Made by a program: the position numbers and the translations under genes. Below are positions 1 to 11,068 of a stretch of DNA of 64,000 nt, in pieces (within the stretch, counting starts at the first letter, position 1; the number at the start of each line of letters is the position of its first letter). The notes below the pieces were generated by a model. The model was not told the DNA's origin and searched no databases. It worked only from the letters and a program-made list of their open reading frames with translations. The DNA is taken from the NCBI GenBank assembly GCA_046538485.1, contig JBKHIT010000014.1:23083-87082 (forward strand), read 5' to 3'. Source of the stretch: Candidatus Brocadiia bacterium (GTDB taxonomy: Bacteria > Planctomycetota > Brocadiia > SM23-32).

Positions 1-5
1 AGCCG

Positions 6-3000
6 GTGTCCTCGTGGTTCTGGCTGACCGCGCTGAAAGTCGCCGTGGCGATAAGCGGCATGCTCCTTGTGGCGCCGGTCGGTCGGGCGCAGGAAAGCGT
101 GACTCTGGAACTGGACCGGTCTCAGACGGCGGTGTTGGATCCGGTGCACTGGGACGAGGTCATGGCCGGGGAACGGTACTTCGACGCGGTGCGCGCCATG
201 CTGGTGCGGTTCCCCGGAGCGGCGCAGAAGATTCACGCCCGGCTCCAGGATGGCTACGAGATTGAGAAGGCCGAACTGGTGCTGCAGTGGGAGGACCAGG
301 AAGGGTCCCGTCCTCAGCGTGGCCGTTCAGGCTGGGGCGCCGATGAGCAGTATGAGAACAACCCGGGGAAGTGGCATGTCATCGCCCGGTTGCTGCGGCG
401 GCCCTGGAGCACCGAGGATCCGGACCTCGGGCCCACTTTCAACGCGTATGTCAGGGGGCTGGGTTTCTGGAGGCGTGGAGGTGCCCGAGGCGATGGTGCC
501 GACCGGTTTGCCAAGATTTTCGGTCCCGAGCCACTGCATCCGAAAGAAGAACCGGCCGAAGAGCAGGGGGCCGGAGCCGCTCCCTCCGTCGATGATGCTC
601 TGGACGAGGACGAGGGGATGGCCGACGGGGAGGACTTGCTCCCCCAGGACGAGCCTCCGCCACCGATGGCGCGTCTGGATGTGACAGAGACCCTGGTGAA
701 TCCGGCCTACGGTGAGGGGATGGGGGAGCGTCTGCGCCGAGTGGCGGAGTGCGGATTTCAGGTGCACAAGAAGGAAATCCGCGACATGTCCTACCGCCGC
801 TTCTGGGCCTACGACTGGGCGGTGAACATCGGTTACATGCGGATCTGGATCAAGCAGCCCCGACTGGTTGTCACGCTGCGCAAAGCACCGGATGCCACCT
901 GCGAACCCCTGCCGCCCGCCGCGGACGTGACGGAGCTGGCGGAGGAGTTGCGGGCCGAGGGCGGGCGGGGGAAACCGAGCGTCTACTACTTGGAGAACCT
1001 GCCCGAACGCGCCGCCAGCCACTGGCAGCAGCCCGAGGGGATGCCCGACTGGCAGTGGGAGCGGATCGGCGACCTGCGCGCGCTGCACCGCGATCCGCAC
1101 GCGACGCAACTTGCCCTGGGACGGAGTTTCAACTGGTATTCACTTTTCGCCGGGGACCGGGAGGCCTACATGAGCGCCATGCGGGAACTCCTGCGGATGC
1201 CCCCACGCACCTGGCACGGACACCTCAGTTCGGATTTTGCACTGCTTCCTTCTGCTTACGGTGATCTGTTGTCGGAAGGCGTAATGGACCATCTTAAGCT
1301 TTACTGGAAGGCCTGGCTCCACCCGGAGGTTGAGCGGGGTTCCGGCCGGGCGGGCGAGAAAAACATCGGCGGCGGACGCCACCGCGGCGGGCCCACCTAT
1401 TTCCGCGGGTATTCCGACGGCGGCGGGACGATGAACTTCGGGCATAACGCGGTGATGGGAGCACTGCTGGGATCCCAGGTCATCGACGCTGAATATCCCC
1501 TGGAGGATGCGCGGCAGGGGCTCAATCGTCTTCTCCTCGGTCGCAATGGCCTCCGATCCGGCGCCCACCAGGAGATCGGCGACACCTACTACCAGGCGCT
1601 CTCGCTGGCTTCGCCCACAGCCATTGCTCATTTTGCCGAATCACCCACCGACCGACTCAAGGCACGCATCCACCGGGACCAGCTCCTGGAGGCCCTGATC
1701 TCAATGTACCACCCGGGTACCCGCCGGCTGACTCATCCGATGGGGCGAGGCCACTTCAAGTATCACCTCCTGCTTCAGGAGGGTCCCTACCACGCCCTGC
1801 ACACCCTCTCCCGGGAGGGAACCCTGATCCACCTGGAAGATCTGGATGAGGATCGCACCCGTCCACCTGCCACCTGGGGAAAGGTGCATGGGCTCTCAAT
1901 CCTGGGCAACGAGGCCCCGCCGATGCGCGTGGCCGTGCTCAGTCCCTGGATGGAACCTTATCTGGCCGATCCCATCTCCGCGGTCCTCGATGAGAAGACG
2001 TATCCGTGGACCGTCCACGCACGCGACTACTCGCCTGGATGCCGCGGCGGCGGCTGGCACGTCAACTACCTGAACGATCACTATGCGCTGGCGTCCCGCG
2101 ACAACGCCAACAAAAACTATGGCGTCACCTCCGTGATCGCCCAGTGGCGCCGCCGGCCCGAGCAGGTTCAGGATCTTAATGACAGCGGTCACATGTTGCC
2201 GGATTTCAGCAGCAATGACCGCTTCACCAAAAGTGCGCTGAGCATGGCCGAGTTCGGCATCGTGCAGCACAACAACAAGATGATCGCCATGAAGCGGCTG
2301 CCCAAAACGGAGAGCATCGAGCGAAATGCCGACGGAAAACCGATTCTCTCCCTGCACACCTCCGCTCTGTTGCTGGCCTTCGGCGATACCTCTGAACGAC
2401 AGGTGTGGATCAACGATGAACTGGCTGAAGAGGTTTCCGGTGCGCGCGAGGTTCCGGAAGGGGGATGGCAGAACCGCATCCGATCCGCCGGTGCCCGTGT
2501 GAGGGCTTCCGACGGTGACGTCATCACTATCCGCGACGGGGTCACCTATCTGGGCCTTATCCCCGTGACCGCCAATGCCATGAGCCGCCGCCGCGAGGTG
2601 GAAATCGCCTTCGAGCCACCGATTATGCTCATCCATAGTTACATCTACGACATGGGCCCCAAGGTTATCCGGGATGGCGTGGCCGACCTTTCCGCCGATC
2701 ATGTTCTGACTGCGGAGGAGGGGACGGACGACATGGAGGAGGTCGCCGGCTTGCTGGATGAGGGGGACGAAAAGGATGCCCGACCGGCTCCCCTGGACCT
2801 GAACACATTGCAGTCACTGAAGGATGCCCCCACTGCCGGTTTCGTCGTCGAGATGGGTGATGCGACACAGTACGAGTCCTTCGAGGCCTTCCGCCGCCAC
2901 ATGAACGAGGTGGCTCTGGAGACTTCCTGGAACGAGGAGAAGCACTATCTGGACCTGCGCTACGAGAGTGGCGAGGACGTGCTGGAGATGTCCTACGATC

Positions 3001-3479
3001 CCCGCGCTTATCCCGCCAAAAAACGTTCCATCAACGGGAAGTGGCCCTACCTCCCCCAGAAAATTATGCGCGAGTCGAACTGGGCGATCCAGGGGCGCAC
3101 CGGCGAACTTGAGAAAAACGGCGCCCGCCTGACCACCGCCGATGACCGGCACGCCTATCTGCTTGCCTCACCGGTCTCCGATCTCTATGTCGCTTATAAT
3201 CCCACCCCGCACCGGCAGCCCTGGCGTCTGACCCTGCCCGAAGGGGCGGAGCTGCGGACCGATGGTGAGGTCGGCCTTCTGCGCGTGGCCGTCCGCCGAG
3301 AGGTTAACGGTGTCTGGGTCGATCACGTGAACGAAGAGGAGGCGGAGCAGTCCGGCGGTGCAAAGGGGTTGATGCTGTTCGGTTTTGCCGAACGTCCCGA
3401 CGTTGAACTGAACGGCCGCTCCGTCCAGCCGGAAACCAGGATGATCGACGGGCGCGAGGCCTACTACGTCCCGTTCTAA
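6..3479 (+). CDS. Large exported hypothetical protein (1157 aa); true start may lie at or upstream of the window edge
   Basis: Long ORF with strong GC3 bias. N-terminal hydrophobic signal-like stretch ending VGRA|QES and two acidic low-complexity inserts. No family confidently recognised. Confidence 0.8.
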   Translation: MSSWFWLTALKVAVAISGMLLVAPVGRAQESVTLELDRSQTAVLDPVHWDEVMAGERYFDAVRAMLVRFPGAAQKIHARLQDGYEIEKAELVLQWEDQEGSRPQRGRSGWGADEQYENNPGKWHVIARLLRRPWSTEDPDLGPTFNAYVRGLGFWRRGGARGDGADRFAKIFGPEPLHPKEEPAEEQGAGAAPSVDDALDEDEGMADGEDLLPQDEPPPPMARLDVTETLVNPAYGEGMGERLRRVAECGFQVHKKEIRDMSYRRFWAYDWAVNIGYMRIWIKQPRLVVTLRKAPDATCEPLPPAADVTELAEELRAEGGRGKPSVYYLENLPERAASHWQQPEGMPDWQWERIGDLRALHRDPHATQLALGRSFNWYSLFAGDREAYMSAMRELLRMPPRTWHGHLSSDFALLPSAYGDLLSEGVMDHLKLYWKAWLHPEVERGSGRAGEKNIGGGRHRGGPTYFRGYSDGGGTMNFGHNAVMGALLGSQVIDAEYPLEDARQGLNRLLLGRNGLRSGAHQEIGDTYYQALSLASPTAIAHFAESPTDRLKARIHRDQLLEALISMYHPGTRRLTHPMGRGHFKYHLLLQEGPYHALHTLSREGTLIHLEDLDEDRTRPPATWGKVHGLSILGNEAPPMRVAVLSPWMEPYLADPISAVLDEKTYPWTVHARDYSPGCRGGGWHVNYLNDHYALASRDNANKNYGVTSVIAQWRRRPEQVQDLNDSGHMLPDFSSNDRFTKSALSMAEFGIVQHNNKMIAMKRLPKTESIERNADGKPILSLHTSALLLAFGDTSERQVWINDELAEEVSGAREVPEGGWQNRIRSAGARVRASDGDVITIRDGVTYLGLIPVTANAMSRRREVEIAFEPPIMLIHSYIYDMGPKVIRDGVADLSADHVLTAEEGTDDMEEVAGLLDEGDEKDARPAPLDLNTLQSLKDAPTAGFVVEMGDATQYESFEAFRRHMNEVALETSWNEEKHYLDLRYESGEDVLEMSYDPRAYPAKKRSINGKWPYLPQKIMRESNWAIQGRTGELEKNGARLTTADDRHAYLLASPVSDLYVAYNPTPHRQPWRLTLPEGAELRTDGEVGLLRVAVRREVNGVWVDHVNEEEAEQSGGAKGLMLFGFAERPDVELNGRSVQPETRMIDGREAYYVPF

Positions 3480-3689
3480 GTCCACGTGTTTGTTCCTCGG
3501 TGACGCGTGGAATGCCCGGTGGTGCGGTTTTCCTGTAGGCTCCAATCCCGTTTCAGTTTCAGCGAACCGCGGTGGAGTCGACGGTCATCTCGGCGCAGTG
3601 ATGCTGCTGTTCCCAGCGTTTATCTTCCAGGCGGAGCTTCTTTTTCTCCCGGCCGTGGGTGTCCAGGTCGCCGTCGATGGCGACAGGAA

Positions 3690-4058
3690 TTTCGGGATAG
3701 CGAGAGACAAATCCGTCGATTGCGCGAAACTTCGGGTCACATTGCCATGTCGGAACACATGGTCCCGGCGGCGAGCCGTCTGGTGGTAAATTGCGAAGGT
3801 GATCCGGTCACTCTCGGTTTTTTCCTTGATCCAGAGGATCAGTTGCACATACTGATGGTGAACGGAAGCCCCTGTAAATGGTCGCGGGTTAACCTGAAGG
3901 TGAATGTTGATGATGAGAAATTGTTTTATTTCGATGCCCAGCAGGAACAAGTTCGGGAGCTATGGCCGAGAAATCCCCGCAACCAGCTTGTCTCTCTTGC
4001 GCCGGGAGAGGGTCGTCTTTTCCGTGTCGGCGGCACGGGGGAAGGGCCGAATTTCTGA
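3690..4058 (+). pseudogene. C-terminal fragment of a probable glycoside-hydrolase-associated beta-sandwich protein
   Basis: Only the 3' part of ORF 3507..4058 reads as protein (…LVSLAPGEGRLFRV-type terminus). The 5' part overlaps an opposite-strand fragment (IPVAIDGDLDT…, F5/8-like). Confidence 0.4.
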
Positions 4059-4136
4059 CCGCAACGTCTCATTCCCCGGAGCCTCCACGAGGCTCTGTCT
4101 GAAAATAGGCATCTGAATTAGAACGGAAGAAATTTT

Positions 4137-5021
4137 ATGTTCATTGACATGCACGTTCATGTGTCGGAAAAACCGGAGACCCCTCGTTGCGGACAAAAGT
4201 GTTTTTCGACTCCAGAACATTTGATCCAGCGTTACGATGAAGTCGAGATTGAGAAGGGGGTGCTCCAGCCTCTGGTGAGTCCGGAAACGTACCTTCCGCA
4301 GTCGAATGAGGAGATACTGGCGATTTGTGAACGTTACCCTGATCGTTTTATACCGTTTTGTAATGTCGACCCGCGGGTGGCGACAGATGTCCCGCGGGTT
4401 TCCATCGCCGAGATTCTTGAGTATTACGCCGAGAAGGGGTGTTTTGGTGTCGGTGAGGTGACTGCGAATTTGAGCTTTCTGGACAGGAAAATGGACGATC
4501 TCTTTTCGGCTGCCGAGAATCTTGGGATGCCGCTTTGTTTTCATATCGCGGCCCAACCTGAGAATACTTATGGGATATACGATGAACCCGGTCTCCCGGG
4601 TCTTCAGCGGGCGCTGCAGTCTCACCCGGATCTGGTATTTCTGGGCCACTCCCAGCCGTTTTGGGCTGAAATGGCGGCTCTCCGTCTGCCCGGTGACCGC
4701 TATGGTTACCCGCAATATCCTGTGGATGAGGAAGGTGTGGTGCCGGAGATGATGCGGCGTTACCCCAATCTCTACGGGGATCTCTCGGCGGGTAGCGGTC
4801 ATAACGCACTGGCCCGGGACCTTGATTACGCGGTGGATTTTATTGAGGAATTTCAGGACCGACTTGTCTTCGCGACGGACATCTGTGCGCCCGATACCGG
4901 GACCCCGCTCGTAGATTTATTGTGCAATTTGAGGGATGAAAACCGTATTAGTGAGGAAGTATTTGACAAGATTGCTCGTGAAAACGCCATTAAGTTATTG
5001 GAGCTTGAATCCGATGAGTGA
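4137..5021 (+). CDS. Amidohydrolase family protein (Amidohydro_2-like TIM barrel)
   Basis: N-terminal IDMHVH metal motif, GVGE, FHI, LGH, FATD. Confidence 0.85.
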   Translation: MFIDMHVHVSEKPETPRCGQKCFSTPEHLIQRYDEVEIEKGVLQPLVSPETYLPQSNEEILAICERYPDRFIPFCNVDPRVATDVPRVSIAEILEYYAEKGCFGVGEVTANLSFLDRKMDDLFSAAENLGMPLCFHIAAQPENTYGIYDEPGLPGLQRALQSHPDLVFLGHSQPFWAEMAALRLPGDRYGYPQYPVDEEGVVPEMMRRYPNLYGDLSAGSGHNALARDLDYAVDFIEEFQDRLVFATDICAPDTGTPLVDLLCNLRDENRISEEVFDKIARENAIKLLELESDE

Positions 5022-6366
5022 ATCCACAGAGGCAAAGGTTATGGATGTTGAAAAGGAAGAACTTGCGCTTTTCGGTGGACCGAAGGCGGTGGATATCGAT
5101 CCAGAGGATATTTTTACCTGGCCGATCGTCACAGATGAAGACCGCGAGGCGGTCCTTGATGTTCTGAATCGAGGGGCGATGAGTGGCACCGACGTTACAA
5201 AGGAATTCGAGAAAGATTTTGCCGACTGGATCGGTTCGGAGTATGCCCTCGCTCATCCCAACGGCACCGCCGCCCTGAAAGCCGCCATGTGGGCCTGTGG
5301 GGTGAGAGCCGGGGACGAGATCATCTGCCCCAGCATTACCTATTGGGCCAGCGCGGTGCCGGCGCTTTCGCTGGGAGCAACCGTCAATTTCGCCGATATC
5401 GATCCCGAGACTTTGTGTATTGATCCGGATGATATCGAGCACAGAATCGGCCCGAAAACCAGAGCCATTGTGGTTGTGCATTACTGTGGTTATCCGGCCG
5501 AGATGGATCCTATTCTGGACATCGCGTCCCGCCACGATATCAGGGTCATCGAGGACAATTCCCATGCGCACGGTTCGCTCTACCACGGTAAAATGTGCGG
5601 AACGATGGGTGATATCGGGGCCATGAGCCTGATGAGCGGGAAAAGCCTGCCGATCGGGGAAGGGGGTATGATGGTGACAGATGACCGGGAGCTTTATGAG
5701 CGCTGTGTGGCCTGGGGGCACTACGAACGGACCGGCGCGCCTTCGAATTACAATCCGCCTGACAAACAGGTTGAAGATGAAGAACTGAGTCGTTTCGCCG
5801 GAGTGGCAATGGGCGGTGTAAAAAACCGGTTGAATCAAATGGCGTCGGCGATGGGACGCGTCCAGATGAAAAACTATCCGGAACGCATGGCCGAGATACA
5901 GAAAGCCATGAATCGTTTCTGGGACTTGCTGGAGGACGTGCCCGGTATGCGAGCCCATCGTTCTCCGAAGGATTCCGGTTCAACGATGGGTGGATGGTAT
6001 CACTCTCGCGGTATTTACCACGGGGAGGAACTGGGCGGACTTCCCTGCGAGCGGTTCTGCGAGGCCGTGCGCGCCGAAGGAATTAATAACTGTTATCCGG
6101 GGGCGAACTTTCCGCTTCACACCCACGAGGTATTCCATTCCGCCGATCTTTTTGGCACGGGGAAACCGACGGCTCTTTCTTTCGGTGCACGGGATGTGCG
6201 ACAGGGCGAGGGGACACTGCCTGTGGCGGAACGAATCGGCGAACTGTGTTTTGGGATCCCCTGGTTCAAACACGATCGCCCCGAGCAGATTGAGAAATAC
6301 GCGAATGCTTACAGAAAAGTGGCCGCCCAGGCCGATCGTCTGCGCGAAACCGAAGATGACGAATAG
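5014..6366 (+). CDS. DegT/DnrJ/EryC1/StrS family PLP-dependent aminotransferase
   Basis: NGTAAL, FADIDP, IEDNSHAHGS, SLMSGKSLPIGEGGM motifs. ATG at 5014 overlaps the upstream stop. Confidence 0.9.
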   Translation: MSESTEAKVMDVEKEELALFGGPKAVDIDPEDIFTWPIVTDEDREAVLDVLNRGAMSGTDVTKEFEKDFADWIGSEYALAHPNGTAALKAAMWACGVRAGDEIICPSITYWASAVPALSLGATVNFADIDPETLCIDPDDIEHRIGPKTRAIVVVHYCGYPAEMDPILDIASRHDIRVIEDNSHAHGSLYHGKMCGTMGDIGAMSLMSGKSLPIGEGGMMVTDDRELYERCVAWGHYERTGAPSNYNPPDKQVEDEELSRFAGVAMGGVKNRLNQMASAMGRVQMKNYPERMAEIQKAMNRFWDLLEDVPGMRAHRSPKDSGSTMGGWYHSRGIYHGEELGGLPCERFCEAVRAEGINNCYPGANFPLHTHEVFHSADLFGTGKPTALSFGARDVRQGEGTLPVAERIGELCFGIPWFKHDRPEQIEKYANAYRKVAAQADRLRETEDDE

Positions 6367-6513
6367 TATTTGCGGGGAATGTCTCGTGGTGCAAAACGCA
6401 CCAAAAATCAACGAGTCCCTTTGGTCTCTTCCGTCCCTTCTCCCCGCCACCCACCGCCGGGGGGAGCCGCCGCTGGTCGTTCTGCTATTTTGTTGCGAGA
6501 TCTGAGGGTTTAT

Positions 6514-6559
6514 GGACCGCGTTCTGAACTACAGCCTCCGGCTGAAGTCCAGTCCGCTC
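6514..6559. repeat. 46-bp REP-like palindromic repeat, copy 1 (inverted relative to 11023-11068)
   Basis: Reverse complement matches 11023-11068 at 42/46 positions by manual alignment. Internal hairpin CAGCC-TCC-GGCTG; intergenic. Confidence 0.75.
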
Positions 6560-6644
6560 GCGGGGATTGAGGCGGACAAACAATAACAGCCTTGGGGTGA
6601 AAAGCCGCTTCTTCAGGCTAAACCACCTTCTCATCAGTTCTCAG

Positions 6645-6744
6645 AGCCGGATTTTTGGCTGAGAAGGGTTATGAACGGTGTTCCATAAAGATTCTACTCT
6701 GATTTGGCAAGAATGGCTTCCAATTATCCGTAAAATCCGGGCTA
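6645..6744. mobile_element. ~100-bp MITE-like element, copy 1
   Basis: Ends AGCCGGATTTTTGGCTG … CAATTATCCGTAAAATCCGGGCTA form imperfect TIRs. The same two ends occur inverted at 19726-19827. Confidence 0.65.
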
Positions 6745-6989
6745 GCGTGTCCGGGATAAGCGCGGGCCAGCTCGGGGGTGGACCTCACTTCTGTCCAATC
6801 CATGAAATCTTCGCCGGCGTTGAGAAAAGGTTGTGTGGCCATTGGAAAACCGGCTGACAGCGAAAAGACGATTTTATTCATGAAAAAGAGGTCAGATCGA
6901 ATTGCAAAAGCTTGACGCGTCCCACCGTGGCGAATATGGTCGTTTGATGAGCGAGGAGCTAGCGAAATGCCTCTGAGGAGGGCCACAGT

Positions 6990-7304
6990 ATGAATCAACA
7001 GCTCGATGTGCGGCGGAATCGCTCTTTCGTTTTGTTGTCTGTTTTCTTTCTGCTGGGGGCCATCAGCTTCGGCGTCGCCGGGGAAAACGAAACCAATCCT
7101 GCCGGACATAACGCTCCGCTCAGAGCAATCGCTTACAGTCCGGACGGAGAGATGCTCGCAACGGCCGGCGAAACCGGGATTGTTAAATTATGGGACGTCC
7201 TCAGCGGCGAACTGAAGCAAAATCTCACCGGACATCAATTCTACGTCGACGATCTGGCTTTCAGCCCGGACGGAATATCCGTATCAGTCTCCGAACGGCG
7301 ATGA
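6990..7304 (+). pseudogene. Truncated exported WD40-repeat protein
   Basis: Signal peptide followed by GH…AYSPDGEMLATAGETGIVKLWD and LTGHQFYVDDLAFSPDG, then an abrupt stop after ~1.5 repeats. Confidence 0.7.
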
Positions 7305-7311
7305 TCGGTTA

Positions 7312-7677
7312 ATGTTGTTCATTGATCCGGCTTTTGAGCGCGCGCATAAACGGTTTTATGGGGCTCAGATTGGAGCGAAAGGTCTTGTCTGGTCGGCGCG
7401 TCACTGGCTGGGCGGAGATGTGGGGAGCGGGCCGATTTACGCAACGGCGGGACGGGAGGGGAAAGCCTGGACGCTTGAGGTGCGGATCCCCTGGCAGACC
7501 CTTCTGCGGGACAAAATCAACCAGAGGTATTTACCCCGACCCAAATCCGGGGACCGCATGGGTCTGAACATCGCCCGCAGCCGCTGTCAGTTGCCGTTTG
7601 AGAGATCGCTGTGGGCCGAAACATACAGCTGGGTGGCGTGGCTGCCCTGGCGGTGGGGGATCCTGCGACTGGAGTGA
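7312..7677 (+). pseudogene. C-terminal fragment of a CBM9/DOMON-like sugar-binding domain
   Basis: WTLEVRIPW…GDRMGLNIARS…W motif; no good start or RBS. Confidence 0.55.
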
Positions 7678-7909
7678 CGGGGATGGACGGCTCTACTGAC
7701 ACAAGGTCGTACCTGTTTAGCCCAGAGATACCGCTTCAAGGGTCATTGCGAGTCCATCGCGAGATGGGCAAAGCAATCTCGCCGTTCTGCCGGCCCAACA
7801 GCGAGATTGCCGCGGCGAACATAGTTCGCGCGGCCCGCCGGCACATCGCTTGAACCGTTACCCCCGGCTCCCCCGCCGGGCCGGGATCGCCCGGGGCTAC
7901 GTCTGAATC

Positions 7910-7928
7910 GGCCCTGCGGGCCTTTTTT
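7910..7928 (+). terminator. Possible rho-independent terminator
   Basis: GGCCC-TGC-GGGCC hairpin followed by a T-run. Confidence 0.5.
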
Positions 7929-7947
7929 GGAACGGCAAACGATACGC

Positions 7948-8325
7948 TTAACAGGTAATTATCTCGGTGGAAGGTCCGCCGTCGGCGGTGACGATTGTTT
8001 CTGTCTCTGCGGCTTCCGGACGCTGGCTGTCTTCGGACTGAGCCCAGTCGTCGGCCTTTTCACGGGGGGCCATGATGAGCCCGCCGACCAGAGCCGTGAA
8101 AGGCGCAACGGTCACCAGACCGAAACTACCCACAAGCGTCCGCAGGATCTCGGGCGCCACATAAACCATATTGAGGGTATTTGAGAGGGGAACGCCGCGG
8201 GCCATGAACGACATCATGAGGGTGATGTACCCCCCGGAATAGGCCAACAGGAGCGTTGTGGTCATGGTTCCCACTACCGCCCGCCCGACGTTGATGCCGG
8301 ATCCCGGGATCTGCGACCCTTCCAC
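7948..8325 (-). pseudogene. 5'-truncated YibE/F-like membrane protein
   Basis: [23 protein letters not shown]…[21 protein letters not shown] resembles the YibE/F C-terminus; N-terminal half absent. Confidence 0.7.
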
Positions 8326-8540
8326 CCCGGCTCGACTTTCGGCATATAAGATGTTGTCGGATGAACGTTAGCTGGTTTTGCGGCACCTGCGAGACATCTG
8401 TTAATCTGTGCTCAGAGGAGATTCAGCGCCCGTACCTGGCACGGGCTGTTCGATCTCTCGAAGGGTACGGATGCGCGGGGAGACAACAATCTTGATTTCA
8501 TAGGCTTATCGGAGTAGATTTTTATTGGAAGGAGATAAAT

Positions 8541-10955
8541 ATGACGAGATACGAAGGTGAACGGCTCAACCGCGTCGCATTTCCTATGGGCGGAATCGGT
8601 GCGGGCATGATCTGTCTGGAGGGAACGGGCGGTTTATCCCATGTTTCCGTCCGCCACGAACCGGAGATTTTCAACGAACCATACACCTACGCGGCAATCT
8701 GTGTGAAAGGTGAGAAAAACACCGCGCGACTGCTGGAAGGTCCACTACCCGACGTGAAAAAGTTTGGTTTCCCGGGCGCAGGCAACGGGGCCGGCGACCG
8801 CGACTACGGTTTGCCGCGCTTCCACCGGGCCGCTTTCGAAACCCGTTTCCCCTTCAGCACCGTCCAGCTGGCCGACGATAATATTCCCCTGGATGTAGAA
8901 CTGACCGGATGGAGCCCTTTCATCCCCGGCAATGCCGACGATAGCAGTCTGCCCGTCGCCGGACTTGAATATACCTTCACGAATAATACAAACAAGGTGG
9001 TCGAGAGCGTTTTTTCGTTCAACAGCCGGAATGTGATGGCGACCGGCAAGGATGGATCTTCCGTTCGGAGGACCGATAACGGTTTCGTTATGGAACAGGC
9101 TTCCAGCGAGGATCGTCCGTGGGACCAAGGAAGCCTCTTGGTGACCGTGGATGCTGAGGATGTGGGCGTAGACTGCTCCTGGTTCCGGGGGGAATGGTTT
9201 GATGCGCAGACGGTTGCCTGGGAGCAGGTGGCATCCGGCGAAGTGTTCGACCAGGACCCTCCCGCCGACGGGGCCCCAAGCCCGGGTGCCAGCCTTTATG
9301 TGCCTCTCACCCTTGAAGCCGGTGAATCGCGGACGGTCAACCTGCGATTGGCCTGGTACGTGCCGCGCTCAAACGTGCATGCGGGCGGCGGAAACTGCAG
9401 TTGTGAATCGGTGGAGTCGGAAGAATGTGATTGCTACACATCCTGGTATTCGCGAGCCTTCGACTCCATCGGCGATCTCGAAGAATACTGGTCGGCCGAA
9501 TATGACCGCATGCGTATCGAGACGAAACAGTTTACGGATTGTTTTTACGACACGACGCTTCCGGAGGAGGTTGTGGAAGCCGTCGCCGCCAATCTGACGA
9601 TCCTTAAATCCCCCACCGTCCTGCGTCAACAAGACGGGCGGATCTGGGCCTGGGAAGGATGTTGTGATAGCTCGGGATGCTGCCACGGCACCTGCACGCA
9701 CGTGTGGGATTACGCGCAGGCGCTGCCGCATCTGTTCCCCGAGCTGGAACGATCGATGCGATGGACCGATTTCCACGAGAGCCAGGATGAAAATGGGCAT
9801 CAGGCTTTCCGCACTCCGTTGCCGATCCGCGAGATGGGGCCGGATGAACACAATGGGTCGGCTGCGGCTGATGGACAGCTCGGCGGCATCATGCGGGTCT
9901 ACCGCGAGTGGCGAATCAGCGGAGACAAACAGTGGCTGACTCAGATGTGGCCGCGGGCGAAGAAAGCCATGGATTACTGCATCGAGACGTGGGATCCGGA
10001 TCGCGAAGGCGTGCTGCGGGAACCGCATCACAACACCTACGATATCGAGTTCTGGGGGCCTGACGGCATGTGCGGCAGTTTCTACGTCGGCGCGCTGGTT
10101 GCCACCGCGCGTATGGCACGAGAACTGGGCGAAGATGCTGCGGAATACGAAGAATTGGCCGATAAGGCGCGGGATTTCCTCGAAGAAGATCTCTTCAACG
10201 GCGAGTACTTCTACCAGAAGGTCCAGTGGAAAGACCTCCACGCCCCGCGTCCGGATGAGGCGGAGGAAGCGGGCGACAATTATTCACCGGAAGCGCTGGC
10301 CCTTTTGCAGGAGGAAGGTCCGAAATATCAGTACGGCACGGGATGTCTCTCGGATGGTGTGCTCGGAGCATGGCAGGGTCTGGCGTGCGGGTTGGGGGAT
10401 ATCCTGGATCGCGAGAAAGTCGAAAAACATCTGGTCTCCGTTTACCGCCACAACCTCAAATCGGATCTTTCCGATCACGCCAACCCCCAACGTCCGACGT
10501 TTGCTCTGGGAGATGAGGGCGGATTGTTGCTCTGTTCCTGGCCGCACGGGGGAAAACCAACATTGCCGTTTGTCTACAGCGACGAGGTATGGACCGGTAT
10601 CGAATACCAGGTGGCCTCGCATCTGATGATGCTGGGACGGGTGGAGGAAGGGCTGGAGATCGTGCGCACGTGCCGGGACCGCTACGATGGAACGGTTCGA
10701 AATCCCTTTAATGAATATGAATGCGGACACTGGTACGCACGCGCGATGGCGTCGTATGCGATGTTGCAGGGGCTATCCGGTGCCCGCTACGATGCTGTGG
10801 AGCGGGTGTTGTATTTGAATCCGTCAATTGAAGGCGATTTCCGCGCTTTCCTGTGCACAGAGACGGGTTATGGAACGGTGGGGATTGAGGACGGTGAACC
10901 GTTCATCGAAGTGCGAAGCGGCGAGATTGAGATCGAGCGGATTGTGCGGGGCTAA
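8541..10955 (+). CDS. GH116 family glycoside hydrolase (beta-glucosidase/glucosylceramidase-like)
   Basis: AFPMGGIGAG N-terminus, WEG…GTCTHVW, HHNTYDIEF, YSDEVWTG, NPFNEYECGHWYARAMAS; RBS AAGGAG. Confidence 0.92.
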   Translation: MTRYEGERLNRVAFPMGGIGAGMICLEGTGGLSHVSVRHEPEIFNEPYTYAAICVKGEKNTARLLEGPLPDVKKFGFPGAGNGAGDRDYGLPRFHRAAFETRFPFSTVQLADDNIPLDVELTGWSPFIPGNADDSSLPVAGLEYTFTNNTNKVVESVFSFNSRNVMATGKDGSSVRRTDNGFVMEQASSEDRPWDQGSLLVTVDAEDVGVDCSWFRGEWFDAQTVAWEQVASGEVFDQDPPADGAPSPGASLYVPLTLEAGESRTVNLRLAWYVPRSNVHAGGGNCSCESVESEECDCYTSWYSRAFDSIGDLEEYWSAEYDRMRIETKQFTDCFYDTTLPEEVVEAVAANLTILKSPTVLRQQDGRIWAWEGCCDSSGCCHGTCTHVWDYAQALPHLFPELERSMRWTDFHESQDENGHQAFRTPLPIREMGPDEHNGSAAADGQLGGIMRVYREWRISGDKQWLTQMWPRAKKAMDYCIETWDPDREGVLREPHHNTYDIEFWGPDGMCGSFYVGALVATARMARELGEDAAEYEELADKARDFLEEDLFNGEYFYQKVQWKDLHAPRPDEAEEAGDNYSPEALALLQEEGPKYQYGTGCLSDGVLGAWQGLACGLGDILDREKVEKHLVSVYRHNLKSDLSDHANPQRPTFALGDEGGLLLCSWPHGGKPTLPFVYSDEVWTGIEYQVASHLMMLGRVEEGLEIVRTCRDRYDGTVRNPFNEYECGHWYARAMASYAMLQGLSGARYDAVERVLYLNPSIEGDFRAFLCTETGYGTVGIEDGEPFIEVRSGEIEIERIVRG

Positions 10956-11022
10956 GCGGCCCCGAAACCCATTATCGTGGGCTGAAGGCCCACCTAAATC
11001 CGCTCCCCAAATACCGTATCAG

Positions 11023-11068
11023 GAGCGGACTGGACTTCAGCCTAAGGCTGGAGTTCAGAACGCGGACC
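11023..11068. repeat. 46-bp REP-like palindromic repeat, copy 2, within a hairpin-rich intergenic region (10975-11360)
   Basis: Inverted homologue of 6514-6559. Neighbouring palindromes include CCGGGCC-TGAG-GGCCCGG. Confidence 0.75.
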